From NCBI GenBank assembly GCA_008632985.1, contig QPGO01000039.1:186001-250000 (forward strand): a stretch of DNA of 64,000 nucleotides, read 5' to 3'. Shown piece after piece: positions 63,005-64,000 of this stretch (position 1 is its first letter; each line of letters begins with the position of its first letter). The position numbers and the translations under genes are program-made. The DNA comes from Psammoneis japonica. Its lineage: Eukaryota. The notes beneath the pieces were generated by a model. That model did not search any database and was not told the DNA's origin. It worked only from the letters and a program-made list of their open reading frames with translations.

Positions 63005-64000
63005 TTAGTCACAGACCCACGCCGGTGCAAAGCAATAACTCCGAGTGGGAGTATCGTACGGTGGGTCGCAGCCTTTTTCGAACAGGATGTACTCGTCATC
63101 ATCAAGCTTGAGGCACCTAAGCCGCCTGGCACTACTTCTGGAGAGAACACAGTAATTGCATCCTGCGCTACCTCCACTGGTGCATTCATCCCAAGGGTCG
63201 CAAGTAGAGTCAGCAGAGATAGAAATATGGTAGTCGCCGCCAAGATCAGCTCCTGTGCTTTTGACATCAACAATGTAATCCGTAAAAGAGGCATGGTACT
63301 CCCCCAAAACAAGAAAGTAAGTGCCACCCAAATTGTCGACATCACCGTTCTTTTCGCCTGCGCCAAACGACAGCATGCTCTTTGTACCTTCGCCGCCATC
63401 ATCGTCCATCGCAATCAACTCGCCGAAAGGATTATACAAAGCAATCATAGTGTCGTCGATCTCAGACCAATAGGTGTCGATTTCGAGAAAGGTTTCAAAG
63501 GATGTCAAATAAATCGTGAAGAAAAGGACCTCATTAGGATCCAAATATCCTGAGTAATCCGATCCAATGCTGTTCACTCTGCCGAAATCATGCTCAATCG
63601 GCGGCAGCAGATTAGTGTCGGTATAGACCATAATGTGGTAGGTGCCGCCACTACCGGCTCCTTCGACTTCAAAGTTGTATTCATAAAAGGTGGTTCCATA
63701 CTCTCCCACCGCAAGGTAGTAAGCGCCAGCCGGAGGGACCGGTCCGTCGGAACCCGCGTAGGACTCCGGTCCATAAATGCCTTCACCGGAGCCAACGCCA
63801 AACGACAGTGTGCTCATCAAACCGCCTCCACATCGTCGTCCTCCGCAAGCAAATAACCATCTGAATCATACAGAGCAAGAAAAGTGTCGAAATCATGGTC
63901 AGCCTCGGTTGTAATGTCAAGATACGTTTCCTCGCCTGTCAAATATAACCCATACCAATGCACCTCGTTTGGCCTTAGAGAATCCTCATAGCTAAACCCG
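63005..64000 (-). CDS. Protein with at least two PPC/DVUA0089-like beta domains and a Cys-rich C-terminus (5' end outside window)
   Basis: DTFLALYDSDGYLLAEDDD and DTMIALYNPFGELIAMDDDGGEG...GTYFLVL repeats; six-Cys tail; one 1-nt frame break near 63832; normal TpA content. Confidence 0.75.

Overview
Eukaryotic DNA, most likely a pennate diatom (inferred from a spliced RPS9, CoDi-like copia elements and diatom-type LRR/EF-hand families). The window alternates between two compartments. (1) Normal gene-rich islands at about 1-1400, 20530-36880, 39330-40860, 45360-48000 and 61950-64000. They carry a LON-N domain gene, RPS9, a Cys-rich lumenal-type protein, an RWD/F-box-like gene, a triple Auto_anti-p27 protein, a membrane protein, an intact GDPD and a PPC/DVUA0089-like repeat protein. 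(2) Transposon/pseudogene blocks at about 1400-20500, 36900-39300, 40860-45350 and 48050-61900. They hold nested copia, CRE-like non-LTR, TRIM and MITE elements plus dead host-gene copies. The main finding is that the TE blocks have lost almost every TpA dinucleotide. Alignment of paralogous copies inside the window shows recurrent, strand-symmetric TpA->TpG/CpA transitions (plus CpG decay). These are confined to the blocks, fade at their edges and arose independently in different copies. This points to a regional adenine/thymine-directed hypermutation process, possibly genome defence, that is distinct from fungal RIP. Also notable are a ~440-bp TRIM carrying a tRNA-like Pol III cassette and a MITE family with GACGCGTTCCAG ends and 4-bp TSDs. 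All counts were made by eye and boundaries of degenerate features are approximate.
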